64,000 nucleotides of DNA, from NCBI GenBank assembly GCA_002269645.1, contig NIVC01002734.1, positions 1 to 64,000 on the forward strand, given 5' to 3'. Under the pieces are notes generated by a model. It saw only the letters and a program-made list of their open reading frames with translations, searched no databases and was not told the DNA's origin. This DNA is from Macrostomum lignano (Eukaryota). The position numbers and the translations under genes were made by a program. Of this stretch, positions 34,401 through 46,624 are shown one piece after another (within the stretch, counting starts at the first letter, position 1; every line of letters starts with the position of its first letter).

Positions 34401-35651
34401 CCCCCTCAGATCCTTCAGGGACCTCTGCAACCCCCCTCAGATCCTTCAGGGACCTCTGCAATCCCCCTCAGATCCAATTCAGGGACCTCTGCAATCCCCC
34501 TCAGATCCTTCAGGGACCTCTGCAATCCCCTCAGATCCTTCAGGGACCTCTGCAACCCCCCTCAGATCCTTCAGGGACCTCTGCAATCCCCCTCAGATCC
34601 AATTCAGGGACCTCTGCAATCCCCCTCAGATCCTTCAGGGACCTCTGCAATCCCCTCAGATCCTTCAGGGACCTCTGCAATCCCCTCAGATCCTTCAGGG
34701 ACCTCTGCAATCCCCCTCAGATCCTTCAGGGACCTCTGCAATCCCCCTCAGATCCTTCAGGGACCTCTGCAACCCCCCTCAGATCCTTCAGGGACCTCTG
34801 CAATCCCCCTCAGATCCAATTCAGGGACCTCTGCAATCCCCTCAGATCCTTCAGGGACCTCTGCAATTCCCCTCAGATCCTTCAGGGACCTCTGCAATCC
34901 CCCTCAGATCCAATTCAGGGACCTCTGCAATCCCCCTCAGATCCTTCAGGGACCTCTGCAATCCCCTCAGATCCTTCAGGGACCTCTGCAATCCCCTCAG
35001 ATCCTTCAGGGACCTCTGCAATCCCCCTCAGATCCTTCAGGGACCTCTGCAACCCCCCTCAGATCCTTCAGGGACCTCTGCAATCCCCCTCAGATCCTTC
35101 AGGGACCTCTGCAATCCCCCTCAGATCCAATTCAGGGACCTCTGCAATTCCCCTCAGATCCTTCAGGGACCTCTGCAACCCCCCTCAGATCCAATTCAGG
35201 GACCTCTGCAATCCCCCTCAGATCCTTCAGGGACCTCTGCAATTCCCCTCAGATCCTTCAGGGACCTCTGCAATTCCCCTCAGATCCTTCAGGGACCTCT
35301 GCAATCCTCCTCAGATCCTTCAGAACTTCTACTATTCAAATTTTTCACCTTCCATTTCCACTCAGACCGGAGCTCGCCGCCAGCAGCTCTGCTTTCAAAG
35401 CCGGCCGATTGCCCAGCGATCAGCAGAGTCCGTGCATCGAGCGCCTGCTGCTTCTGTACCAAGCCGACGAGACCTGGCGGCTCATGACTCGCCTGCGTCA
35501 GAAAATGCGCCAGGACACTCCGCAGCTGCAAACTTTAGAAGAGGAAGTCACTCGGCGGTGCGGTGTGTCTCCTAGCGGACCAGCTGATCGATTTAGTCAC
35601 CTGTTGTGCTATTTGCACACGGCTGTTGATGTCGCCTGGCCGGACGCTTGA
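28415..35651 (+). CDS. AF4/FMR2 (AFF/lilliputian) family elongation scaffold; reading frame disrupted in this sequence
   Basis: Exons 28415-28599 (or -28704), 30428-32870, 35366-35651, both introns phase 2. N-terminal NNLSQRMREIFGDHKSV resembles the AFF LSSRIQNMLGNY motif. C-terminal helices FESLFRRARDLKQRVD, AKRHFLLASVLFLAG, RTYHEISQFIRHF, LVELCFLMLKSIVDYRQF, LLYQADETW, FSHLLCYLHTAV follow the AFF C-terminal homology domain pattern. Exon 2 needs two -1 shifts and has two in-frame TAA codons. Confidence 0.75.
28950..29100. repeat. CT-rich low-complexity repeat, AFF intron 1
   Basis: Iterated CTCCTTATCTCCCC motif. Confidence 0.8.
30097..30340. repeat. 34-bp tandem repeat, AFF intron 1
   Basis: Unit AAGGATCATGGAAAGGGTAGCTAAGGTGCCCCTA, about 7 copies. 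Confidence 0.92.
31730..31990 (+). repeat. Coding minisatellite (mostly 24 bp) encoding RGESREFQ-like repeats
   Basis: GAATCCCGGGAATTCCAAC core repeated about 10 times in frame within ORF 31106-32083. Confidence 0.85.
32915..33612. repeat. 21-bp tandem repeat, AFF intron 2
   Basis: Unit TCCCAGTTCCCGAATCCCAAA with variants. Confidence 0.92.
34029..34150 (-). mobile_element. tRNA-derived SINE head with CORE-like segment
   Basis: Minus strand: A-box-like AGCCTAGTGTTTAG, B-box GGTTCGATTC, then GTATCCTTGAGCAAGACACTTAACTCTC, similar to the CORE-SINE consensus GTGACCTTGGGCAAGTCACTTAAC. Confidence 0.65.
34147..35325. repeat. 30-31-bp minisatellite, AFF intron 2
   Basis: Unit GGGACCTCTGCAATCCC(C)TCAGATCCTTCA, roughly 38 copies, ending about 40 bp before the acceptor. 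Confidence 0.95.
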
Positions 35652-35679
35652 TTTGGATCGGTTGCCATGCAGTAGCTAA

Positions 35680-36115
35680 GATGTTGCTAGGTAGTTGCTA
35701 AGCCGTCGCTAAGCCATTGCTAAGTAGTTGGTAAGCCGTCGCTAAGCGGTTGCTAGGTAGTTGCTAAGCCGTCGCTAAGTGGTTGCTAGGTTGTTGCTAG
35801 GCCGTCGCTAAGTGGTTGCTAGGTTGTTGCTAAGCCATTGCTAGGTACTTGCTAAGCCGTCGCTAAGCGGTTGCTAGGTTGTTGCTAGGCCGTCGCTAAG
35901 CGGTTGCTAGGTTGTTGGTAAGCCATTGCTAGGTTGTTGGTAAGCCATTGCTAGGTTGTTGCTAAGCCGTCGCTAAGCGGTTGCTAGGTGTTGCTAAGCC
36001 ATTACTAGTTTGTTGCTAAGCCATTGCTAGGTTGTTGCTAAGCCGTCGCTAAGCGGTTGCTTCTCGTAGGTTGCTAAGTATGCAATTACTAAGTGGTTGC
36101 TATGCAGTTGCTATG
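35680..36115. repeat. Degenerate TTGCTAAG/GTCGCTAAG repeat downstream of the AFF gene
   Basis: Iterated GTTGCTA(A/G)G and GCCGTCGCTAAG motifs. Confidence 0.85.
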
Positions 36116-37239
36116 CCGTTTCTTCGTCCTTTTGTGTCCACTTATTTAGAAGAAAAAAATCGAATACTATTGAAAAAAAATTTTAAAATTAATTTATTGC
36201 CAATGGTAAAGTAATTATCTCCATGTATCTTTCCCTGAATAGATTTTTAACTAAATACCGCATCTACATTATTGTTACACAAAATTAAAAGTCTTTTAAA
36301 GAATGTGTTTTTGCCTATGTAGTATTTTATTTTTCATTGTTGCAGTTTCTCTCCGACCTTGATTCTGATTCAGTCAGTCAGTCTGCTCATTCATTCTATT
36401 TGCTCTACACAGTTTTTTTGTTCAGATTAATATGAAAGCAAACACAGCTGGGACATGTGACAAGGTATTTCCTGTATGTAATAGTCAGCTGCTAAATGCC
36501 TAAACATATTAACAAAAAAGTTAGATAATTTTTTTAGTTGGGCTTTTTTGCTTCCGCTTGCTTTTTTTTCTCTCGCTTGATTTCTGCTTCCGCCTATCTA
36601 TCTTTCTGTCTGCAAGTTTGTTTGGCCTTTCATCTGTCTGTAATTATTGATGAATTGATTTAAATTATTTAAATTAATAGTCAATAAATTTGCTTTGTTT
36701 ATCATAATTTATAGAATATTATTATAATTTTTATTATTTGCTTGTCCGCTTGTTAATCGATCTCATTCTCACATTTTTGTCACCTGATTTTGTATAAATA
36801 AAAAGAGCGAATTGATAATATATTATTATTTATTTAAAGTCACTATTCATTATATAAATATGATATGCTATTTAAACACATATATATATATATAGATATG
36901 CATTAATCTAGCACACCTGCTCGCAATGTACCTGTTTACTGGGACCCCCCATTCTCAACAGTGAAGTGGCCGTGCTTGCAAGGTTATTAAATAACCGTAT
37001 AAATTAATTTGTTTCTGTTTAATTAGTCTGCCAAGTTTCTGCCGATGTCATTACTATTGTTATAAATATTGTGATATCCGTTTAACAAGTAGTTTTGAAG
37101 TTCAATTTGGCTGCGGCCACTGCTTCCACTTTGTGAATATGACTGACTGTGCTGACATTTTTGCCGGTTTGGGATAGGGTCAGGTGCCCTCGTTAACTCT
37201 AATGCCTTAATCCATTGTTCTCTGTCCTATCACTATCTG

Positions 37240-39440
37240 ATCCTAGAGTTAAGACCATAATCTGACCCTGGTGTGTTTCATGACCATCATCTGACCCTAG
37301 TGTGTATCATGACCATAATCTGATCCTAGAGTTAAGACCATAATCTGACCCTGGTGTGTATCATGACCATCATCTGACCCTGGTGTGTATCATGACCATC
37401 ATCTGACCCTGGTGTGTATCATGACCATCATCTGACCCTGGTGTGTATCATGACCATCATCTGACCCTAGTGTGTATCATGACCATCATCTGACCCTAGT
37501 GTGTATCATGACCATCATCTGACCCTAGTGTGTATCATGACCATCATCTGACCCTAGTGTGTATCATGACCATCATCTGACCCTGGTGTGTATCATGACC
37601 ATCATCTGACCCTAGTGTGTATCATGACCATCATCTGACCCTAGTGTGTATCATGACCATCATCTGACCCTAGTGTGTATCATGACCATCATCTGACCCT
37701 AGTGTGTATCATGACCATCATCTGACCCTAGTGTGTATCATGACCATCATCTGACCCTAGTGTGTATCATGACCATCATCTGACCCTAGTGTGTATCATG
37801 ACCATAATCTGACCCTGGTGTGTATCATGACCATCATCTGACCCTAGTGTGTATCATGACCATCATCTGACCCTAGTGTGTATCATGACCATCATCTGAC
37901 CCTAGTGTGTATCATGACCATCATCTGACCCTAGTGTGTATCATGACCATCATCTGACCCTAGTGTGTATCATGACCATCATCTGACCCTAGTGTGTATC
38001 ATGACCATCATCTGACCCTGGTGTGTATCATGACCATCATCTGACCCTAGTGTGTATCATGACCATCATCTGACCCTAGTGTGTATCATGACCATCATCT
38101 GACCCTAGTGTGTATCATGACCATCATCTGACCCTAGTGTGTATCATGACCATCATCTGACCCTAGTGTGTATCATGACCATCATCTGACCCTAGTGTGT
38201 ATCATGACCATAATCTGACCCTAGTGTGTATCATGACCATAATCTGACCCTGGTGTGTATCATGACCATCATCTGACCCTAGTGTGTATCATGACCATCA
38301 TCTGACCCTAGTGTGTATCATGACCATCATCTGACCCTAGTGTGTATCATGACCATCATTTGACCCTAGTGTGTATCATGACCATCATCTGACCCTAGTG
38401 TGTATCATGACCATCATCTGACCCTAGTGTGTATCATGACCATCATCTGACCCTAGTGTGTATCATGACCATCATCTGACCCTAGTGTGTATCATGACCA
38501 TCATCTGACCCTAGTGTGTATCATGACCATCATCTGACCCTAGTGTGTATCATGACCATCATCTGACCCTAGTGTGTATCATGACCATCATCTGACCCTA
38601 GTGTGTATCATGACCATCATCTGACCCTAGTGTGTATCATGACCATCATTTGACCCTAGTGTGTATCATGACCATCATCTGACCCTAGTGTGTATCATGA
38701 CCATCATCTGACCCTAGTGTGTATCATGACCATCATCTGACCCTAGTGTGTATCATGACCATCATCTGACCCTAGTGTGTATCATGACCATCATCTGACC
38801 CTAGTGTGTATCATGACCATCATCTGACCCTAGTGTGTATCATGACCATCATCTGACCCTAGTGTGTATCATGACCATCATCTGACCCTAGTGTGTATCA
38901 TGACCATCATTTGACCCTAGTGTGTATCATGACCATCATCTGACCCTAGTGTGTATCATGACCATCATCTGACCCTAGTGTGTATCATGACCATCATCTG
39001 ACCCTAGTGTGTATCATGACCATCATCTGACCCTAGTGTGTGTCATGACCATCATTTGACCCTAGTGTGTATCATGACCATGATCTGACCCTAGTGTGTA
39101 TCATGACCATCATCTGACCCTAGAGTAATGACCTTCATCTGACCCTAGTGTGTATCATGACCATCATCTGACCCTAGAGTAATGACCTTCATCTGACCCT
39201 AGTGTGTATCATGACCATGATCTGACCCTAGTGTGTATCATGACCATCATCTGACCCTAGAGTAATGACCTTCATCTGACCCTAGAGTCATGACCTTCAT
39301 CTGACCCTAGAGTCATGACCATCATCTGACCCAAGAGTCATGACCTTCAACTGCCCCTAGAGTCATGACCTTCATCTGACCCTAGTGTCGTGACCTTCAT
39401 CTGACCCTAGAGTCATGACCTTCATCTGACCCTAGTGTCA
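37240..39440. repeat. 29-bp homogeneous minisatellite (~2.2 kb)
   Basis: Unit CTGACCCTAGTGTGTATCATGACCATCAT, about 75 copies, degenerate at both edges. Confidence 0.97.
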
Positions 39441-40305
39441 TGACGCACGTCCTAATTGAGAAGTTACGTCACCTCTGCTTGACCGCCATGCCTGACCTGA
39501 CCCCCCTTGTCCCGAGGTGAAATGTCAGAGAAGTCAAGCTCGCCGAATTTTGAGCTGTCAGCAAAGAATAAAAAAACGCAATTCGAATCGGTCTTTCCGC
39601 GTCGCTTCTGTCGCTAAAACTTTTTCTAAAATCCCCCAGGCCTACTCTTTTTGTCCAACGGCGTAGAGTTATTATTTGTCTATTTATTTATTTTCCAAAC
39701 TAAACAATTTTTGTGTTCCTATAAAATTGTGCGCTCCAATGCTGTGTACTGTATGTTGGTCAAACATTTTCTTGCGGTGTCCGAATGCTTCCGTTACGAG
39801 AGCCTTGCGCGCACACACACACTGCTAAATTTATGTCGAAGCAAGATCTTTCACGAATTCGTCTCGTTTGCGAAATTAAAATCAACTATTCAAGTTTTAT
39901 TTTACTTATTTCAGTTAACTCTGTGTCTGTCCCGTATCGTGTTGCTGTTTTACTTTTTCCCCCAGGAGCCTGCTATTCTATCTCATCTATATTTATTCTA
40001 TCTATAAATTTGTTGCATGACTGTCATTTCTGTGGTGTGCAAAATTTTGAAGCCAATCTATGCTGACTCCCCGAGCACAACTGCGTGATAATCACAAGCC
40101 CTATAATACTCGACTGTTTGAAATTTGAGCTAAAATAAACATCAAATGCTGAATTGTTCTTCGAGGCCTTTGCGAAGGAAGGCTTTTGAGGAAAGAATTG
40201 CTGCAGTAACTGAATTGAACCACGGTGCACACTCTGTCACCAGTCTGAATAAAACACCTGCGTAGCTGCATGACTTTATGCTTGTGTTGTTATTGTTCTT
40301 TTTAA

Positions 40306-41022
40306 TATAGCTTTTTGCAGCCCATTTGGGCCTAGGTGCATTGAATTTAATCCAAGATACGTTGGCCTGCCACAGCGGCATTCAATTTGGTCCAACAAGC
40401 ATCAATTGGGTCCGAACGCTCGTGAGCCATTGGGCAAGCTCTTGCCTCTCCGCAACCGTCTGCAGGTTGTTGCGTACCGCTGGAATGTCAGCCTCTCTAC
40501 CAACAATTTTCAGTCGCTTTTCCAGAGCTCTGCTGATAGTCCAAATCTGATAACCAAACGGAACTGTTCCTTCAAATGCTGCTACATTTCCTGCAACGTC
40601 AACAAAGGTTTCGTCTCAATTGCATCGAGTAGCAGTTGGACCTGATACTCTCGAGCACCTTGCCTTTGCGGTTTCCACAGGCCTCGCAGGCAATCTCTGA
40701 CAGCAGAGTTTCAACGCGCTGATGGATGCTGCAAACCATCTTTTCTTTTACGAGTACATTCAGCAACCTTGCAGTGTCCTTTGGGTGTTCACCTCTGGCA
40801 TTCGTTCAAAAGCCTAGCATACGGTCCACAAATCTGGGGCTGATCTTGCTCCTCCGCAGCAATTTCAAATGAAGCTATGGACCAAATTGATGCTTGTTGG
40901 ACCAAACTAAATGCTTCTGTGCCAGCCTTGCTACCATAGACAAAAGCTCCGTTGCATTGGCAAACGTATCTTGGATTAAATTAAATGCGCGTATAGGCCC
41001 AAATGGGCTGCCAGAAGCTATA
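40306..41022 (-). mobile_element. Internally deleted Tc1/IS630-like transposon
   Basis: Imperfect TIRs 40306-40413 and 40879-41022 bounded by TA. Minus-strand remnant of the DNA-binding region: RGEHPKDTARLLNV...QVQLLLDAIETKPLLTLQEM*QHLKEQF...IWTISRALEKRL...RNNLQTVAERQELAQWL. No DDE domain. Confidence 0.75.
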
Positions 41023-41068
41023 TTGTACCATGACCTTTGTGCCCGCTGGGCACTTATTCTTGCCTTTT

Positions 41069-41172
41069 AATAGTACATTAATACCCATGATTTAAGGGCG
41101 TTAATGGGAAAATCAGAGGCGCCCGAGGATTTCTCATTAACGCCCGCAAAGCATGGGTATTAATGTACTATT
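41069..41172. other. 104-bp near-perfect palindrome (MITE-like hairpin)
   Basis: AATAGTACATTAATACCCATG...GGGCGTTAATGGGAAAATC pairs with GATTTCTCATTAACGCCC...CATGGGTATTAATGTACTATT. Confidence 0.8.
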
Positions 41173-41479
41173 GAAACGAAATAGGGCGGAACGGCATTTA
41201 GCATGGTGAAAGGGAATTGTGAGGTTAAACTGAATAGTGAGGGGCGGAGAGGCAAACAACACACTATGTTAATAGAACGTATATACAGATGTCGCACAGT
41301 TTTCAAGCACTTCAACGCATGCAACTTGTAACAGTTTAGGTGGCTTTGAATTGCTGATGGTTCCTATAGCTCTAGTGTACGAAATTGAATTGTCCCAGAG
41401 AGGCCTGTGAGCGATGGCCAGAGAGACAAGACGAGAGCTGCTTCAACCGAATCCGTGACCTGTACCTGCATTCTTCCGG

Positions 41480-41855
41480 GACTCACAGACGCCACTATAT
41501 GGTAAATTTGATGTCGGAATGATCGGAATTGAAGATTTCCAAAAAGTAAACGACTTTGTTCTTGCCATCGGATATATATTAAAATTTAACATCAGCACTT
41601 GCTCATATGGCAAGCTTAATAACATATCTAGAAATCGCCTATAGAATTTAGGAGCACCCCGTCAGTTTAGGGACATCCAATTGTCCTTTTCCCAGGTCAT
41701 CCAGGCACCAACAATCTCATTGCATTTCGAATCTGGCCGGATCCTGAACTATCTCGTTAATTTTTTCGACATGGTCGTGTTTGTCAAGAATATAGCCCTG
41801 CACTCCGTAGTGCCCGATCAAATTTTGTTTCTTATAGTGCTGATCGAGAGCACTT
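41480..41855 (-). mobile_element. Degraded Penelope-like retroelement RT fragment
   Basis: Minus strand: YILDKHDHVEKINEIVQD (PLE ILDKxDY region), KFYRRFLD (decayed RYVDD), FLEIFNSDHSDIKFT (PLE FNxxHxxIKFT). Stops, shifts and a large internal deletion. Confidence 0.55.
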
Positions 41856-42883
41856 ACAGTACAACTAACGGTTAAAAATGTTTTGGTCATAGAGAGCTCA
41901 TTGTATCAATTAGTTGTCGTGTTAGTACATGCAGTTATCATGGTCCGACAAGCAAAAATGTCATGCTTCTGCTCCAGACACTAAGCAAATACATGTATGA
42001 GTGTGTACTAATAGATACGACGTACAATCGGGGACAACTACAACACTAGTAATACAATCTATATGATTCAATGGTAATACATGTAGATTGTCTATATTGG
42101 AGACAGACAATGATAGCATTTTTCTCACGAATGGCGAAACCAGCTACGAGTGCCTAAAATCAACCATTGTTTATGAAAAAATCACATTGTCTCAAGAATG
42201 TACTTTTAATAGCTTTAATAGCTTTAAAGTACAATCTCGCGGCTAAAAATGCAGCTGTCTGTAGTGATTATAAAAGCGACTTCAATTTCAATTTTACACA
42301 ATCTACAGGATCAAGATGGAGGAGGCTGCGGGAGACTACAACTGGCCGAAGGCAATTACGAGCGTAAAACCCTCGAGGCCCAACCCCCAAGACACAGTGA
42401 AATGTACATGCCTACGATAAATAAAGTTAGGGCCGCTGTACACTCCTGTGAGTGTGTGCCTGTGCGTAAGACTGCTTGTGTGCCTGCTCAGGGGAGTCGG
42501 CGGAATGGGCAGTAATGCCTCGCGCCATTTGTGTGACCTTGTCGTTTAAAGTGCATCAGAGTGCACTCAGCCCCCTGGACTGTATAGATTCTTGAACGCT
42601 AACGAGTGAGTCATTTTTAATTTATTCCATCTTAATAATAGACCATGAAGTTCAACCATGGACGAAATCAATCCTGCACCTATGACGCATTAGACCTACA
42701 TGTAAAGGAGATTTTACCATAGACAAAATCAATTCTGCATGCTTGGGCGTGCGTGCAAGATCAGCAATTTTCAGCAAGATCAGACTGAAGGCTCAAGAGA
42801 CTAGCTGAGAATGTCCGTGGGTTGAGGTTTGCCCATTATTGAAGCTTGATAAGAAAAATCTGACATAGTTCCAACAGGATCTT

Positions 42884-43205
42884 CATAGTCACCTGGTGCC
42901 ACCTGTTGAAGGTGCCGACGGCGTCGGGGTGATGGCTGAATGCTTGAATGACTAGCTTAGGATGTCCAGCAGTTGATTTTTGCCCACTGTCGAGGCTTGA
43001 TCGGCGAAACTAGAGAAATCAGCATCAGGGTGTCCATTGTCACCTGGTGTAATCTATTGAAGGTGCCGACGGCGTCGGGATGATGACGGAATGCTTGAGA
43101 GACTAGCTGAGAATGTCTGACGGTTGATTCTTGCCCACTGTCGAGGCTTGATCGGCGAAACTAGAGAAATCCGCATCAGGGTGTCCATAGTCACCTGGTG
43201 CCACA
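42884..43205. repeat. ~151-bp tandem duplication (about 2.2 copies)
   Basis: CAT(A/T)GTCACCTGGTG recurs at 42884, 43035 and 43186 with conserved intervening sequence. Confidence 0.85.
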
Positions 43206-44004
43206 GCTGTTGAGGGTCCAGAAGCTCCACCTGGGTGAAGGCTAGTGACCAACGAAGTCAGAACTGATGCAGACACATGTGGTCGACGTGCTGATGGAAT
43301 TTGGAGACTTGGCAAGGCTGCACTGAGGCGCAGTGCTGATTGGCGCACAGGGGTGTACTGAATACACTAGCGCTTATGGGAAAAATCCGACCTTCTGGCA
43401 GAATCGTCGAATATCTCGACGGTCCGGAGGGCTGGCGACTTGATTCTTGTTTGAGAAGGTGCGCAACAAAAAGTTAGCCCGTGTTCTTGAATTTCGTGTG
43501 CCTGCGTTGCTCCGTTCCGGCGCAGCAAAAAAAATTGTCAGGGGGGGAAATTTCCCCCCCCCCCTTGGTAGTTCTACTGTTAATCCTCTACGCATGGAAC
43601 TTGATGCTGTAATCAATATATTGTTTTTGACAGATTTTAGACGGCAAACAAACTGCTGCTATGAAACCAATCGAGCGTAGGCGAGGCTCAAAATCAGCAC
43701 TTGAAAAATCTGGATTATCAGCCTAAGCACCTGTCAAGAATTTTCCACAATATTGCAAAATTCGCCATGTGGCTCACTAGTATTCATACGCATTAAAGCA
43801 ATTTTAAAATATAGGTCAGCAATGTATGATTGCGTCAATAGTTTATATTTTTGTTAAATTATACTTTTGCTGATTAAAAGATAAAAAAGGCAAATCGGCC
43901 ACGCCTAAACAAGTCTTGCATAGAAACACTATAGACAGCAGAGACAAGGAGGATGAGAGGGGTCCAGAGAGGCAGTGAGAAAATGCGAGGGAGGGGTCAG
44001 ACAG

Positions 44005-44210
44005 GGATAAAGGAAGAGGGAGAGGAGACAGAGAGAGCGAGTGAGACAGGAAGACTGAGGGACTGAGAGACAGAGAGAGCGAGTGAGAGACGGGGAGACT
44101 GAGGGACTGAGAGACAGGGAGGGGGAGAGGGAGACAGGGAGACTGAGGGACTGAGAGACAGGGAGGGGGAGAGGGAGACAGGGAGACTGAGGGACTGAGC
44201 CACAGGGAGG
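44005..44210. repeat. GA-rich repeat downstream of WDR89
   Basis: Iterated GAGACAGGGAGACTGAGGGACTGA motif. Confidence 0.8.
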
Positions 44211-44241
44211 GAAAGTGTAGACAATATCACGGGAAGTGACC

Positions 44242-46506
44242 TCAGCCAGACACGGGTCCCATCCTTTCCCGTCTCTGCTTTCGCTTCTTCTGTCGCTCTT
44301 TCTTGGCGAAAGACTCCGCCGGCCTGGAAGCAGCAGAAAGGCCGCCAGACGCTGTCTGCTGCTGCCACAGGCAGAGCATGCCGTCCTCAGAGCCGGTCAC
44401 CAGAGAGTTGGTCTCGCTGTCCCAGTGACAGCACCGCACAGTGTCCGCATGCCCGACAGCGCCTTCGCTCAGCCATACCGGAGCCGTCTGCTGCTTCAAC
44501 GACAGCACGCCCAGCCTGCCGCTGTGTTGGCCAACAAGCAGGTGGTGGCCGCAGGTGAGCGGGCCGACAATATAGTCGGCCACCCGGCTTGTAACACCAT
44601 CGTCAGCTTCCTCGCTGGCGTCATCATGGATAGTCGGGCCGCCGAGGACAGGCAATCTATCCAGCTCAATCAGAGTGTCGCCAAGTTCTTCAGCTTCGAA
44701 CAGCGCGTAGCCCTCCTGCCCGGTGAGCACGTAGGCAACTGACTCGGCCAGTTGAGCTGGCTGCAGGTCGCTGTCGGCTGCAATCCAATCTGCGCCGTGG
44801 ATTCCGCAGCCGGCATTGTAGGTGAACACCAGGGCGTCGTCTTCGCATTCAGCTGTGAGATCGAATGAACAGGCCAGGCCGTCCAGGCTGGCTGTGAGCA
44901 GGCGGCGCGACCGGCTTGGGTGGAATCGAACCCGGGCCAGCGAGTCCTGATGTGAGTCACTGTAGCAGCCTAGCGGCGCCGTGGGGAATCGCCTGCGGTG
45001 TGGGGAGATTGACAGTGGGGATTGTCCTGTCATTTACTGCCCCAAATACCCTTCAGGCTCAGCCCAAAATACCCTTCAGGCTCAGCCCAAAATACGCCTT
45101 CAGACACAGCTCCCAAATATCCTTCAGACTCAGCTCCCAAATACCCTTCAGACTCAGCTCCCAAATACCCTTCAGACACAGCTCCCAAATACCCTTCAGA
45201 CTCAGCTCCCAAATACCCTTCAGACACAGCTCCCAAATACCCTCAGACACAGCTCCCAAATACCTTCAGACACAGCTCCCAAATACCCTACAGGATCAGC
45301 CCCAAATACCCTTCAGACTCAGCTCCCAAATACCCTTCAGGATCAGCCCCAAATACCCTTCAGACTCAGCTCCCAAATACCCTTCAGGATCAGCCCCAAA
45401 TACCCTTCAGACTCAGCTCCCAAATACCCTTCAGACTCAGCTCCCAAATACCCTACAGGATCACCCCTAAAGACCCTTCAGGATCAGCCCCAAATACCCT
45501 TCAGACTCAGCTCCTAAATACTCTTCAGACTCAGCTCCCAAATACCCTTCAGACTCAGCTACTAAATACCCTTCAGGATCAGCCCCAAATACCCTTCAGA
45601 CTCAGCTCCCAAATACCCTTCAGACTCAGCTCCCAAATACCCTTCAGGATCAGCCCCAAATACCCTTCAGACTCAGCTCCCAAATACCCTTCAGACTCAG
45701 CTCCCATATACCCTTCAGACTCAGCTCCTAAATACCCTTCAGACTCAGCTCCCAAATACCCTTCAGGATCAGCCCCAAATACCCTTCAGACTCAGCTCCC
45801 AAATACCCTTCAGGATCAGCCCCAAATACCCTTCAGACTCAGCTCCCAAATACCATTCAGACTCAGCTCCCAAATACCCTTCAGACTCAGCTCCCAAATA
45901 CCCTTCAGGATCAGCCCCAAATACCCTTCAGGATCAGCCCCAAATACCCTTCAGACTCAGCTCCTAAATACCCTTCAAGGTAACCCACCTGTCCCAGAAG
46001 ACAATCCTGGCATCCTGGTTAGCAGAATCCAGCTCCGCACCAGCACATAGCAACAATCCATCGCAGCTGATATCAGCCGTAGACATGCAGTCGCCGGACT
46101 CGCTATTAAATCTAACAATAGCAGCAGATCCACCTTTGTTATTATTAACTCGAAGATCCCATAGCAACAGCTGGTCGTCCCACCTGCTAGCGCAGGTTAA
46201 CAGCTCATACCAGGCTGCCCGAGAGAATCTGCAATCTACTATTTGACTGTCGTGACCGGATCCCAACAGCTGCCCATCAATAGGCTGCAGAGAACGCCTG
46301 TCAAGCAGCAGGATCTGGTTGCTAGGGGAACAGACTGCCAAGCGACTAGTTGGCTGCAGATTAGCCGGCTGGGATGCCAATTGGATAACAAAGGAGTGCT
46401 GAGGACTGGAACTGGCAGTGGAAGCAGAATTGACCAAGCTGAGGTTTCTCCAGCTAGGTGGCTGGTTGCCACCTGATTCTGTTGTTGCTGTTGCTCTTGT
46501 TGCCAT
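44242..46506 (-). CDS. WDR89: WD-repeat protein WDR89, 2 exons
   Basis: Exons 46506-45989 and 44992-44242 (GT-AG, phase 2). Motifs LCAGAE...DARIVFWDR, LGCYSDSHQDSLARVRFHP, EDDALVFTYN, GHADTVRCCHWD...LVTGSEDGMLCLW and a basic C-terminal tail match WDR89 as I recall it. Confidence 0.9.
45037..45978. repeat. 24-bp minisatellite filling the WDR89 intron
   Basis: Unit CCTTCAGACTCAGCTCCCAAATAC, about 39 copies, occupying about 940 of 996 intron bases. Confidence 0.95.
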
Positions 46507-46624
46507 GTAAAAGAGCGGGGTTGATGTTTGATATTGATAAGATTTGAAGCTAAGCATGAATAATTATGCAGGTTAATTTATTTCTTATTGATTTAATTAC
46601 TACAATTTAGAATGACACACGAGC

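Noticed and set aside
28415-35651. Alternative genetic code (TAA/TAG read as sense) to explain the AFF stops
   Set aside because: TAA terminates ATG4 right after its C-terminal LIR-like motif, the other genes have no internal stops, and the two frameshifts would remain unexplained.
43520-43579. hAT-like terminus (reverse complement CAGTAGAACTACCAAGGGGGGGG)
   Set aside because: I could not find a partner TIR or TSD in the window, so no element can be delimited.
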